NCBI RefSeq assembly: GCF_006345805.1
Contig: NC_043019.1
Location: forward strand, 13,701,360 to 13,765,359
DNA: 64,000 bases
DNA from: Octopus sinensis
Lineage: Eukaryota
Reading direction: 5' to 3'
Shown: positions 1 to 12,541 of the stretch, piece after piece
Layout of the letters: the number at the start of each line of letters is the position of its first letter
Numbering within the stretch: the first letter of the stretch is position 1
Translations under genes and position numbers: made by a program
The notes under the pieces: model-generated
Told to the model about the DNA's origin: nothing
What the model saw: only the letters and a program-made list of their open reading frames with translations
Databases searched by the model: none

Positions 1-562
1 AGCTTTTGTTAAGCTCTTCCAGTTTGATCACAATAATTCTCTCATTCTCCGGCTGTCTCCCGCTCTCTGTTTTACATCAAACGTTTTCTAGCGACGAAGA
101 AAATGAGGCGAATGTGTGTCTATCGCAACAATGTCGACAATTATAGATATTTACTGAACCTCTTTACTTATCATCGGAATCTAAAACGTTATCAAGGATA
201 AACATTGAAACTGCTGGAATGACAGATAAGTTCAAACTAAGTCTCTAAAGGAGACCGTTTTCTTATGCTGAGGTGAGAATCAATAGCGTGTTAGAAACCA
301 TGAACTAGTGTCAGTAGAAAGAGTCGAAAATATTTATTTAATTCATTTGCCATATACACCGGCTGTATTCTTTGACGTTACTGATATCGTAAAAACTCAA
401 GTGCAGACGATCGACTTATTCAGATGACAGACGACGTTTGCAGAACGAAAAATAACAAATAACAACGAATCAGAAATACGAAGATATGTTTGGAATATTA
501 CAGCTTAAATGTGGCTGACCGTTAGTAAGGAGAGACACACAAATAAGAAAGAAGAAAGCAAA

Positions 563-607
563 GGACCACTGATGAGGTCACAGGAGTGTGACGAAAGAAC
601 TCTGGCC
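563..607 (+). ncRNA. Type I minimal hammerhead ribozyme-like motif (probable PLE pLTR remnant)
   Basis: GGACCA-CTGATGA(569-575)-G-GTCAC/aggagt/GTGAC-GAAA(593-596)-GaaCTC-TGGCC. Canonical core, 5-bp stem II, 2-bp stem III, predicted cleavage after C602; stem I CCA/TGG with an imperfect extension. Confidence 0.6.
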
Positions 608-1113
608 GGAATAAGATTAAGATTAATGTAAAAAATAAATAACGCTGAAGCAAAGTAACACCAAATATATAGTGCGTGTGCTTTTATTGGCTAAACTGGC
701 AAAATGACCATTCCTAAATACAACAATATATGTTTCAACACACGATTTCACATCCAAATATATAAACGTAATATTTGAATTATTCTATGAGAAAGGTTTT
801 GATTTCTTGATGATTAATTTGTGTGAGACAAGTTCGAATGGATAACAAAATATTTTACTCTAATGTCAAACTGCTCGAAATTACAACTTGATCATTCGTG
901 ATATGACGTTGATTGAGAAGCAATGCACTTAGTTGTTTACCCTTGTTGTGTTGTCTGAATGTCCTTTTTGGGGATTAGTTCTAGGCTATATGTATACTAT
1001 TAGTAGTAACAGAAAAGAGGAATTTCGATTATTCCAACGTGGTGAGTTGTAATGTATAAGAAATTAAAAAAGGAAAATACGCACACTTACATAGTTTTAA
1101 TATAATTTTTAAT

Positions 1114-1148
1114 ATATCGACCGGTTTCGCTATCGCTATTCATAATAT
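1114..1148 (-). ncRNA. Minimal hammerhead-like motif with variant core
   Basis: Minus strand reads ATATT-ATGAATA-GC/gata/GC-GAAA-CCG-GTC-GATAT, with palindromic stem III ACCGGT and a GTC cleavage triplet. Confidence 0.4.
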
Positions 1149-1600
1149 TATGTTTTACGTATTTGAATATGTAATTTTTCTCAAGAAGAAATTTTGTCCA
1201 TGTTGTGTGTGAAGAAATACTATTATATAGCTATAAGTTATATCCATTTGTTTACTCTGATATTGTTACATGTAATAAAGTGGTGGATTCTCAGGAAGTT
1301 TAAGTTTAAGGCTGTCTATATCGCCGGGTTCAACGGTCCTGCTTAGGTGTCAAAATCAGAGTGAAATGAATTTGGGCGGCTGATGATGGGAGTGCATATA
1401 TGTCTCGCTCAGTTGTCAATTTTTTCTATATTAGTCTAGTAATTCTGGACTGTCCATCAATCTTGTTAAATGGGAAGTGTTTGTGGATTCATAGTCTGTG
1501 AGGATCACTTACTGTGATATGATTTGATTTTCTTCATAGGTAACCTATACAGGCTTGGACAATTCGTAGATATTATTGTTTAGGTTTTGGAAAGGTCTAC

Positions 1601-1760
1601 AGGGCGTGGCTCTGTGGTAAAAAGCTTGCTTCCCAATCAAATGATTCCGGGTTAAGTCTTACAGCGTGGAAACTTTGACAAGTGTCTTCTGCTATAGGCC
1701 ACTCAAGACCTTGGGAATGGATTTGGTTGTGGGAAACTTAAAGAAGCTGGCAGTATATAT
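1601..1760 (+). mobile_element. SINE family A, old 5' half
   Basis: Diverged match to the head and body of family A copies (ggcgtggctctgtggtaa...ttgacaagtgtcttc...aagaagc). Confidence 0.7.
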
Positions 1761-2015
1761 ATATATAGCCGTAACTTGTTCATAAATATTATATTATATG
1801 TAATATGAGAGAGTTTAATTATGTATTAACTAAATGGATTTTACTGAAATTGATGGGTGAACGTTTGGCCAATCGGATATGCAAGGAGCCGTGTAACCGT
1901 TGATTCGTAGGTTCGATTCTGCTTGAGGTTAGCTCATCATTTTTCTGTCATTTGTTTGTATTTAAAAATTATCGCTTCAAATTGGAGAATAAATATTAGT
2001 ACACAATTATATATG

Positions 2016-2060
<45 letters not shown>

Positions 2061-2303
2061 CATAAAGGTGTATATGAATAAATATTTCATTAAGAAACAT
2101 AGTTATTGGATTTTCGTGAAGGGAACAAATTTGTAGTATTTCCTTTTATAATGAGATATTAGAGCGCATGTAAGATCTTAAGAAATAAATAGCGTGTTTG
2201 AAACAGAGAAAACTTATGCAGCTTTCCCACGATTGAACTGCAACTAATTAGCTATTGATTAATATGTATAATATTTAAACAAATGACTATACTTTTTCTT
2301 TTT

Positions 2304-2689
2304 CCTTGTTTCAGTCATTTGACTGCGGCCATGCTGGAGCACCGCCTTTAATCGAGCAACTCGACCCACGGACTTATTCTTTTGTAAGCCCAGTACTTAT
2401 TCTATCGGTCTCTTTTGCCGAACCGCTAAGTAACGGGGACGTAAACACACCAGCATCGGTTGTCAAACAATGCTAGGGGGACAAACACAGACACACAAAC
2501 ATACACACACACATATACATATTCATATATACGACGGGCTTCTTTCAGTTTCCGTCTACCAAATCCACTCACAAGGCTTTGGTCGGCCCGAGGCTATAGT
2601 AGAAGACACTTGCCCAAGGTACCACGCAGTGGGACTGAACCCAGAACCATCTGGTTGGGAAGCAAACTACTTACCACGCAGCCACTCCT
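2304..2689 (-). mobile_element. SINE family A, near full length (tRNA-derived, internal (TA)/(TG) microsatellite)
   Basis: Minus strand has an A-box-like TGGCTGCGTGG and B-box-like GGTTCAGTCCC, then body, microsatellite spacer and tail ending gtcaaatgactgaaacaag. Highly similar to the copies at 4336-4734 and 62592-62995. Confidence 0.9.
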
Positions 2690-3259
2690 GTTGAAACAAA
2701 AGGAAAACATACAGAGTTAGATAGATAGGTATGTAGTGGTGTAGTTAGATAGTAAAATGATCTCCCTTGCAAGAAAGATTATAGAGTAACCTCACTTTTC
2801 TCAGTTTTTCGACGCATCTGTCTAATGAGACGTGATTCTTAATTATTCAAGAAGCTTAGCGTTTCTCTTGGACGTTTCTGTAATGTCTAGCGTTCCATAT
2901 AATAAAAAGAGCTTGCCAACACTGCTCTTCGTTTCTTAGTCGATTGGACTCAGAGCCATTCACGTCATTGCTATGCCCGTCTATTTCTCTACGCCAAATT
3001 ACTGAAAAGTATAACGTAGCTGTTATTTTTACATTTTCTATCTCTGAACATTTTGCATAGATTACTTCATTCAACTAGATTCTACAATTTTAATTCTATG
3101 TATCATCATCGACCAGTAAATAAAATATATTTTCATGTAATAAATATATAGCGTCTTGAATTTATTCTTCATCCCTTCATGACGTCTTGTAATAACATAC
3201 ACGCAGCCACATTAACAGTATGTACTGATTATATTTCCACTACATGTACATAGATAAAT

Positions 3260-3391
3260 GTATAGCTAGACAGAAATATTTATAGAGAGATAGATAGATA
3301 GACAGAGAGATAGATAGATATTTAAATATATAGCTAGACAGAAATATTTATAGAGAGATAGATAGATAGACAGAGAGAGATAGATAGATAT

Positions 3392-3455
<64 letters not shown>

Positions 3456-3531
3456 TAGACAGTGAGATAGATAGATATATAAATAGATAGATAGATAGAT
3501 ATTTAAATATATATATTATATATATATATAT

Positions 3532-3597
<66 letters not shown>

Positions 3598-3620
3598 GGA
3601 TGGATAGATGGATAGATAGG
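3260..3620. repeat. (TAGA)n/(TA)n compound microsatellite
   Basis: Direct reading; includes a duplicated ~60-bp unit at 3260-3390. Confidence 0.95.
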
Positions 3621-4335
3621 AGAGACAGTCTGAGGGAAACAGATACAGAGAAATTTGTTGAATGCTAGACATTAAACTTACAAAACAGTCTTTAAGTAAT
3701 TAAGATGGTGGAATTATGAGATTTGAAAAATGAGTTGGTGACGATAATTTATAGATATATTGCAGCCCCCTCTTTACCCATAATTAAAACATATATTCTC
3801 ATCAACAGAATGTCCCAGGTAACATAAATCAAGCATACAATATAATTGACATAATCAGAGAAAAAAGTTTTTAAATTATAAACGTTTAGAAAACATATAA
3901 CATGGCTGCAAGTAAAGATATTGTAGCTATATAATGAAGACACACAAGCAGACGATAATGTACAGCCGACAGCGTTCTAATATAACAGAAATATTAGCAA
4001 ACATAAAGACGTGTATTTTCGTTTCATGTAGATATAAAAATAACACTTTTATTACACTTCATCCCGAAAAATATTTGAGTGCAATTAGAAGACATTACGA
4101 ATGGCGATTTTTCATTGTCGTATGAGCTCGTCTGCTAGAAATAGCAACCGAAGTTTTCCATAGACACAGGCGTTTGTTGCATGGTAAGATGGTTGATTCG
4201 TAAACACGATGTTCCAGTTTCTGTCCTACTGCGTGGTACTTGGGCAAGCATCTTCTACTATAGCGTCGGGTCGACCAAACACTTGTGAGTTGATTTAACA
4301 GACGGATACTGAAAGAAGTCTGCCGTGTATATATA

Positions 4336-4549
4336 TTACTCTTTTACTTGTTTCAGTCATTTGAATGCGGCCATGCTGGAGCACCGCCTTTAATCGAGCA
4401 ACTCGACCCCGGGACTTATTCTTTTGTAAGCCCAGTACTTGTTCTATCGGTCTCTTTTGCCGAACCGCTAAGTAACGGGGACATAAACACACCAGCATCG
4501 GTTGTCAAGCAATGCTAGGGGGACAAACACAGACACACAAACACACACA

Positions 4550-4591
<42 letters not shown>

Positions 4592-4734
4592 TACGACGGG
4601 CTTCTTTCAGTTTCCGTCTACCAAATCCACTCACAAGGCATTGGTCGGCCCGAGGCTATAGTAGAAGACACTTGCCCAAGTGAACCCGAAACCATGTGGT
4701 TGGTAAACAAGCTACTTACCACACAGCCACTCCT
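4336..4734 (-). mobile_element. SINE family A, near full length with a small deletion in the head
   Basis: Aligns to 2304-2689 and has a tactctttt tail. It abuts an older plus-strand family A 5' half at ~4168-4335. Confidence 0.9.
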
Positions 4735-5004
4735 GCGCCTATATATATATATATATACGCCTCTATTAGAGGTTGTGTTAATCTCATGGAGGGATAGTTT
4801 CGTCCAAGGAAATACTGGATCAAAACCTAATATTTTCCCTCTAAATATATTATGCTCAGGTCATATGAAATATATATTTAATTAATTTGTTGTTAATAAT
4901 AAACAATCATTAACCTCCCAATCGCCATTTTCTTTTTCTTCCACAAATACACACACACACACATAACCCCCCCCACATATATATATATATATGTATGTAT
5001 GTAT

Positions 5005-5135
5005 GCATATGTGGCTGTGTGGTAAGTAGCTTGCTTACCAACCACATAGTCCCGGGTTCAGTCTCACTGCATACCACCTTGGGCGAGTGTCTTCTACTAT
5101 AGCCACAGGCCGACCAAACCCTTGTGAGTGGTAGT
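5005..5135 (+). mobile_element. SINE family A 5' fragment
   Basis: gtggctgtgtggtaagtagcttgcttacc...cccttgtgagtgg, truncated where the next repeat begins. Confidence 0.85.
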
Positions 5136-5345
5136 TAGAATTTACAAAAGAAACAAAAAAAACAACAAAAGACGAAGACGGGTGTGTAAACAACAAACAG
5201 ATGTATTACTTTTAACGCTCGGGAAGTGAGAAAGTCTTTTATATTTTGAGCCTACGCTCTTCAACAGAAAGGAACACAGAAATAAACAGAGAAAGAAAAT
5301 ATAAAAAAATGGTTTAATTGCTAGCGATCAATCATGGCGATATAT
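5135..5345 (-). mobile_element. PLE-like pLTR repeat with a decayed hammerhead (same family as 48749-49021)
   Basis: Reverse complement aligns to 48749-49021. The motif reads CTGTTGA-A-GAGC/gtag/GCTC-AAAATATA, with both CpGs of cgaaacgta decayed. Confidence 0.65.
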
Positions 5346-5679
5346 ATTGATAGATTGATTGATAAATGGATAGATAGAAAGATAGATAGGTCTTCTATCT
5401 CCCGATTACTTTACAAGAGAGACATAAAATATACACATATTTGTATTCAAAATTCAAAAATATTCAGCATAAATTAACTTCTGAAACAGCTCAAATCATA
5501 ATTCACAGTAAAACAATAATTATATTAATATAAATGGCTCTGTTATTTGTTTTCATTTGCACTAAACAACAACATTACGCATTTATTTTCCATACATTAC
5601 ATTTATTTGTCTCCATTTCGGAAGGAAGAAAAAATTGCTTTTACAATTTTATTTATTTGAATATTTTCTTATTTTTTGT

Positions 5680-6092
5680 TGTTGTTGCTGTTGCTGTTGT
5701 TGTTGTTGTTGTTGTCTTTCTTCTCATCCAACTCCTCCTTCTCCTCCACTCCTTTTTCTCTTTGTTCCTCTTCTTTTTCTTCCTCTTTTCCTTGTTGTTG
5801 CTGTTGTTTTTGTCGTCATCGTCCTCGTCGACCTCATCCTCATCCTCCTCCTCCTCCTCCTCCTCCTCCCCTCGTCCTTGTTCTCTTTCCTTTACCTTTC
5901 CTTCCGCTTTTCTTTGCTGTTGTTGTTGTTCTTCTTCTTTTCTTCCTCCTCCTATCCCCTCTTCCTCCTTTATCTCTTTCTACCCCTTCTTACTCTTCCT
6001 ATTTTCCTTAGTATTGTTGTTGCTGTTGTTGTCTTCTGCTTTCACTCCTCCTCCTCCTTTTTCTCCTTCTTCTCCTTCTTCTTCTTTTTCTT

Positions 6093-6123
<31 letters not shown>

Positions 6124-6170
6124 TCATCGCTTTTGTTATAATTTTTATTATCATTATTATTATTTTCATA
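5680..6170. repeat. Compound triplet microsatellite (GTT/CCT/CTT/ATT)
   Basis: Direct reading. Confidence 0.95.
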
Positions 6171-6420
6171 AATACTAATATATATAGACATACAAGCATT
6201 AATTTAGCTATATATATATATATATATACATACATACATACTTATATATATATGTATATATATATATAAGTCGTGTGTGTGAACGTGTATGTGTGTATAC
6301 ACACATATCTATCAATCTATTTATCTATCTATATGTCTGTATATATATATATATATGCATATATATATATGTGTGTGTGTTGTGTGTGTGCGTGTATGTG
6401 TGTGTGTATACATACATACT

Positions 6421-6456
<36 letters not shown>

Positions 6457-6879
6457 AATACACACACACCACCTAACCAGCCACTGAAACTAATAATTAT
6501 CAATTTATTTATATTTGTCTGAGAACAAAAAGAAAAAAAACAAAAACAAAAACAAAAACAAAAACAAAAAAACAAATCTCAGAACGATATTCAAAATATT
6601 TCAGACAAAACATTGTAAATCGAAGAAATATCTAACGTTGAATTACATCTAATTAAGGAATATTCCTGGTTTACAATTTTTCAAGATGGAAAGATGCAAT
6701 AAGAAAATAAAAGAAAACAAAAAAATACCAACAAATATTGGAAACAACAATAGCAAAAACAATGCCAAAGACAAGGAAGTGAATGGATCTAATGTCTTTG
6801 GGGGTACTTTTGGAATTCTCTTTCGAAGAACTCACCTGTAGACAAATTGTTGCTGGTATTGCCTGACGTTCGTTCGTTT

Positions 6880-6884
6880 CTTCT

Positions 6885-6917
<33 letters not shown>

Positions 6918-7160
6918 CTTCTTCTTCTTCTTCCTCCTACTCTTTTTCTTCTTCTTCCTCCTCCTCCTCTTCTTCTTTTCTTTCTTCTTCCTCCTCCTCT
7001 TCTTCTTCTTCCTCTCCTCTTCTTCTTCTTCTTCTTCTTCACAAATATCTTGTGGTTATAACTATTACAAAATAATAATAATAATAACAATAATAATAAT
7101 AATAAAAATAAAAATAAAAATAATAATAATAATAATAATGATGATGATGATGATGATGAA
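6880..7160. repeat. (CTT/CCT)n then (AAT/GAT)n microsatellite
   Basis: Direct reading. Confidence 0.95.
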
Positions 7161-7164
7161 GATA

Positions 7165-7383
7165 ATGGTTTCAAATTTTGGTACAAGGCCAGCAATATCG
7201 GGTGGTGGTGGGTAATTCGATTACATCAACCCCAGTCTTCAATTGGTACTTGTTTTATCAACTCTGAAAGAGCAAAAGGCAAAGTTGGCCTCGATGTCAT
7301 TTGAACTCAGAACGTATGGACGTACGAAATGCTGCTAAGCATTTTGGCCGACGTGCAAACGATTCTGCCTGCCCGCTACCTTA
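7165..7383 (-). mobile_element. SINE family C monomer, diverged
   Basis: Minus strand: ggcagaatcgtt...gttctgagttcaaat...ggccaactttgcc...tail gctggccttgtaccaaaatttgaaacc. Confidence 0.8.
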
Positions 7384-8367
7384 GTCTGTCTAAATACTAC
7401 TACAATTTAAAAGTTTATCTACACCCTGGCTCAGTCCATCTAAGAGTAGATAAGTTCAATGTTACATAGTTATCTTTGTTTTGACGATACAAATCATCAA
7501 TAGAGTACAGTCAGATCAATGGATGAGATAATCCGTGTTTTTAAAATGCTGATATAACACGGTTTATCATCATTATCCATATGAGAATTCATCTTCCTAT
7601 GCTGCGAAGTTTCTGACGACGAATTTTCCGCACAAGCTCTTAGGTAAACTGGGCCAGCGAAAAACTAAATTTGAAAAAAATAATTGTAAAATGTAGACAG
7701 AGTGAAACAAGATATCACAAAAGAAAAATAATTTGGATGCCTTGGGTGAAATCTTCAACGAGTGTTCTATAGAAAAAGATTTGTTTACCAGATGTCATCA
7801 AAACAATACTAATAATATATATTTGTTAAAATTTGCATTTATATGAAATTCCGATATACACAAATTTTATCAAATTTATTCGATCAGCTACTGTAATATA
7901 TTGTTCAAAATATTTTTCACAAACTATTGACCTCTAGATAGGTTACAGTCAATAATTTCCTTGTCAATGTTCTGTTTATCATGTTCTTTTTTTTTTATCA
8001 ATTTTATTATATTTTTATTCTTTAAAATCATTTTTTATCCTTTTTTATTTTTCTTGCGAAGATATTGAAGAGTATAATTATTCAGAAAACATTTTCTTTG
8101 CTCCATAGTCAAATTAGAAGAAAAGACTTTATGAAAAAACAAAACTAATACTATCTCTGTATTAATATTTTTATAGAAATAGCAAATGAAAAATTATTCA
8201 AATTCATTCGAAGCGGGGCGGGGGGGAGGGGGTAGCTTTAGAAATTTCGAATATTCATATTTTTTTCACTTAGTCTTAAGAGAATGTCGGATTGACATGC
8301 AACATTTAGATGTGACATAAATCTAGTTTACTTTCTGATATTTTTTTTGTTTCTGGCTTTGTTCCAA

Positions 8368-8369
<2 letters not shown>

Positions 8370-8402
<33 letters not shown>

Positions 8403-8619
8403 TGTATGTATGTATGTATGTATGTATGTATCTATATAGCATATATGTGTATGTGCTGGTGTGGTGTTTATATACATACATACATATGTATATATATATA
8501 GTATATATATATATGTATATACATATATTTATATATATTATATATATATATGTATATACATATATTTATATATACTTATATATATATATGTATATACATA
8601 TATTATATATATATCTAGA

Positions 8620-8657
<38 letters not shown>

Positions 8658-8840
8658 TATATATATATCTATATATATGATATATATATATGTATGTAAT
8701 TTCAGTACAGATATTGTGTGTTTACACATTTAATTCTACATTTATGCATTTATGCACACGCACACACATACACACGCACGTAACACACACCCACTCGTAT
8801 CACCGCACACATAAACGCACACAACTCACAATTATGTATG

Positions 8841-8872
<32 letters not shown>

Positions 8873-8944
8873 TATATAGAGAGAGAGAAAGCGAAGTGTC
8901 GAGGGAGATAAATATATATATATATGTATATATGTATATATGTA

Positions 8945-9029
<85 letters not shown>

Positions 9030-9205
9030 TGTGTGTGTGTATGTATGCGTGTGAATATGTATGTGAATTCGCTGGATGCATGTACATACACAATATCTCT
9101 ATTGCGATTTTAAAACACGATCAGACACACACATACACACACACACATATATATAAATATATGCATACGTACACACACACACACACACACAATACAGTAT
9201 ATATC
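8370..9205. repeat. (TATG)n/(TA)n/(CA)n microsatellite field
   Basis: Direct reading. Confidence 0.95.
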
Positions 9206-9520
9206 TAATGCATGATATGTTCATTGAAACTGATATAATTTTTTTCTTTTCCGGGCGTCTTATCTTCACTTACAGAATATTGAACAAAACGGATTCATTG
9301 CCAAGTTATAAAACTTATTGATGGATTAATAGGCGGACGCAAAAGGTCGTTATTATTTGAATTTCGATATCCATAAGCTGCTCAGGACGAACAGATACGA
9401 CAGACAAAAGGGACATACTAACATCTATGCAATTATCGAAAAAATAAGAAAGAAACTTTTGTTGTATCAGATATAAGCCTCGGTTATTCAGATTTACTAT
9501 TGTATATCCGCTGATTGTGG

Positions 9521-9790
9521 GGGCGCAATGGCCCAGTGGTTATGGCAGCGGACTCGCGGTCGGAGGATCGTGGTTTCGATTCCCAGACCGGGCGTTGTGT
9601 GGGTTTATTTAGCGAATACACCTAAAGCTCCACAAGGCTCCGGCAAGGGGTGGTGTCGACCCCTGTTGTACTCTTTCACCCCCAACTTTCTCTCACGCTT
9701 TCTTCCTGTTTCTTGAGTAAAGGTGCGATGGATTGGCTCTCCCGTCCAGCTGGTGGGGAACACATACGCCACAGAAACCGGGAAACCGAG
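9521..9790 (+). mobile_element. SINE family B (tRNA-Arg-like head), tail variant 1
   Basis: Head ggcgcaatggcccagtggttatggcagcggactcgcggtcgg...tttcgattccc, shared with 38139-38432; the 3' half differs (gcgatggattggctctcccgtccag...). Confidence 0.8.
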
Positions 9791-9821
9791 CACTCATTAC
9801 TGAGTGCTCGGGTTTTCTTCT

Positions 9822-10540
9822 TTGGACCAATTCGCTACCATCTTCTCCATTGGTTCTTTAATATCAATAGCTAAACTCTCCGAGGATCTGGACTGTGAGC
9901 GTGCATATCGGGCTTCAGTGGCCCAAGCTACCAGGCGTACTAGCTGGGCTTGCTGGTTCTAGGAGTAGATCCCATTTTCTTTTAAAAATCAGGCGAAACC
10001 CCTCGGGGTAGGCTACCGTCACGTCAATGTCCCAATCGAAACAAGTACTCGGATTTTCTTATTAGCAGTGTGATGTATTCACGGGACCAACTTGTTAACC
10101 TCATACCTATTGGTCCTAAAATTCATAGCTAAGCACTCTGAAGGGCTGGCCAACAAGCGTGTATCCCGTGCTTCAGTGGACCAAGCCAGCAGGCGCACTG
10201 ACAGGAGTTGCTAATCCTGGGAGACCACTGCTCTCCTAAAAAAGCAGAGGGATCTTCTTGGGACAAGCTACTGACGCGTCAATGCTCCGATCATCCCATG
10301 CTTATATAATTGTAAATGCGTGCCATATGACATGTTGGTAACACTCACACATAGGCCTTGGTTATTTTCATTTAATATTATTTGCCCGCAGGTGATTGAG
10401 CGCTCAGATTTTCTTATTAACGTGACCGATTTGCCAACCTCTTCTTCATTGGTTTTAATATCCATAGTTAAAGTCTTCGAAGAGCTGGACTACAGGCGTT
10501 GAGTTCGAGCTTTAGTGGCCCAATCTAGCAGGCGCACATA
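9822..10540. repeat. Old diverged tandem triplication, units ~260-340 bp
   Basis: Units start near 9824, 10084 and 10424 and share gacc...attgg...catag(c/t)taa...ctgg...ttcagtgg(c/a)ccaa...caggcg(c/t)ac. The third unit is cut by a SINE A. Confidence 0.7.
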
Positions 10541-10770
10541 CCAGCATCGGTTGTCAAGCGATGTTGGGGGGACAAACGCAGACACACATATATATACCTA
10601 TATATATACATATACGACAGGCTTCTTTCAGTTTCCGTCTACCAAAACCACTCACAAGGCTCTTTGGTCGGCCGAGGCTATAGTAGAAGACACTGCCCAA
10701 GGTGCCACGCAGTGGGACTGAACCGGAACCGTGTGGTTGGTAAGCAGCTACTTACCACACAGCCACTCCT
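10537..10770 (-). mobile_element. SINE family A, tail-truncated
   Basis: Aligns to other family A copies. Confidence 0.85.
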
Positions 10771-11097
10771 GCGCCATATATATAATATATTATATATATA
10801 TATATTATATATATAATATATATATATAATATATGTATATATACATATAGATATATGTATATATGTACATTGTGTGTGTGATGTGTGTAATTCCTTATGA
10901 AGCATACGGACCACAGAAGAATTCGAATCATAATTCCAGCCAGAGATTTTCTAAGGAATCTGTAGCGTTAAACAAGATAAGAAATGATCTCGGGAGGGAG
11001 AGACGAAACGAAATTCTAGTGGACGAAAGAAAAAAAAAAGCCACGTTACACCTCTACACATCATCGGCCATTACAATATATTACACTTGATCATTTC

Positions 11098-11152
<55 letters not shown>

Positions 11153-11176
11153 CACCACACACCAAACACACCACAC

Positions 11177-11240
<64 letters not shown>

Positions 11241-11349
11241 CATACATACACATATATGCAGTTTTCATTTGCCATATATAAGTATCTTATTACTTACACG
11301 ACATTAGAGATCTGCGCCATCATTATTTGCGAAGATACCTTCTCTTCTT

Positions 11350-11353
11350 CTTC

Positions 11354-11395
<42 letters not shown>

Positions 11396-11406
11396 ATACT
11401 ACTACT

Positions 11407-11437
<31 letters not shown>

Positions 11438-12129
11438 CTGGTGTTAATCTTCTTCCTCCTTTTTCCTGTGAAAATCGATCGAATTTCATAGAACGTGACG
11501 TTGATTCGTGAAGGGATATACCTCTTATTTAACCCCTCCTTTTTTTTATTTTATTATTGTTGTTGCCTTTATCATAATGATTATCATCATCAACAGCTTC
11601 TTCTGCTTCTTGTTCATGTTGTTGTTTTTGTTGTTGTTGTTGTTCTTCTTCTCCTTCTTCTTCTTCCTCCTCTACTTCCTCGTCTTCTTTTCTTCTTCTT
11701 CTTCTTCTTCTTCTTCCTCCACCCCTTCTTCTTCATCTTCTTCCTCCTCCGCTTCTTCTTCATCTTCTTCTTCCTCCTCTTCTTCCTCCTCCTCTACTTC
11801 CTCTTATTTTTCTTCTTCTTCTTCTTCTTCTTCTTCTTCTTCTCTTCTTCTTCTTCTTCCTCCTCCTCTACTTCCTGTTCTTCTTCTACTTCTTCTTCTT
11901 CTTCTACTTCTTCTTCCTCCTCTACTTCCACTTCTTCTTCCTCCTCTACCTTCTCTTCTTCTTCTTCTTCTTCTTCCTATTCTTTTTCCTCTTCCTCTTC
12001 TTCTTCTTCTTCCCATTCTTTTTCTTCTTCCTCTTCTTCTTCTTCTTCTACTTCTTCTTCTTCTTCTTCTCTTCTTCTCCTTCCTCCTCCTCTCCCTCCC
12101 CTTCTCATTCTTCTTCCCATTCTTCTTCT

Positions 12130-12161
<32 letters not shown>

Positions 12162-12275
12162 TCCTTCTTTTTCTTCATCTTCTTCTTCTTCTTTTTCTTC
12201 TTCCCCTTCTTCTTCTACTTCCCCTTCTTCTCCTCCTTCCTCTTCTTCTTCTTCTTCTTCTTCTTCCTTTATGTC
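11350..12275. repeat. Triplet microsatellite field, mainly (CTT/CCT)n
   Basis: Direct reading. Confidence 0.95.
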
Positions 12276-12399
12276 CTTCTCACATTCACTTACTTTAAGA
12301 CACACAAGAACAATTAAGCCGCAACGAAACGATGGAACAAAATTTAATGTAAAAACGAATAACGCTTCTCCTATACACTCTCAGCCGTATACATAGGCA

Positions 12400-12510
12400 C
12401 ACATGGCCACACACGCATGCACACACACATGGCTAGACACACTTACACACACACACACAAGCACAGAACACAGACATATACATAAACACGCGCAGGCACA
12501 CACAATGCCA

Positions 12511-12541
<31 letters not shown>

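Noticed and set aside
1200-1600. Possible decayed retroelement ORF next to the 1114 motif
   Set aside because: Translation has many stops and no motif I can name with confidence.
2460-2720. ORFs starting MSNNARGTNTDTQ / MLGGQTQTH (also 4502, 10515, 62766)
   Set aside because: They are the antisense reading of SINE family A and recur in every copy.
6728-6836. Minus-strand AG/GT-bounded segment in ORF 6671-7195
   Set aside because: No homology recognised; such signals are common in AT-rich DNA.
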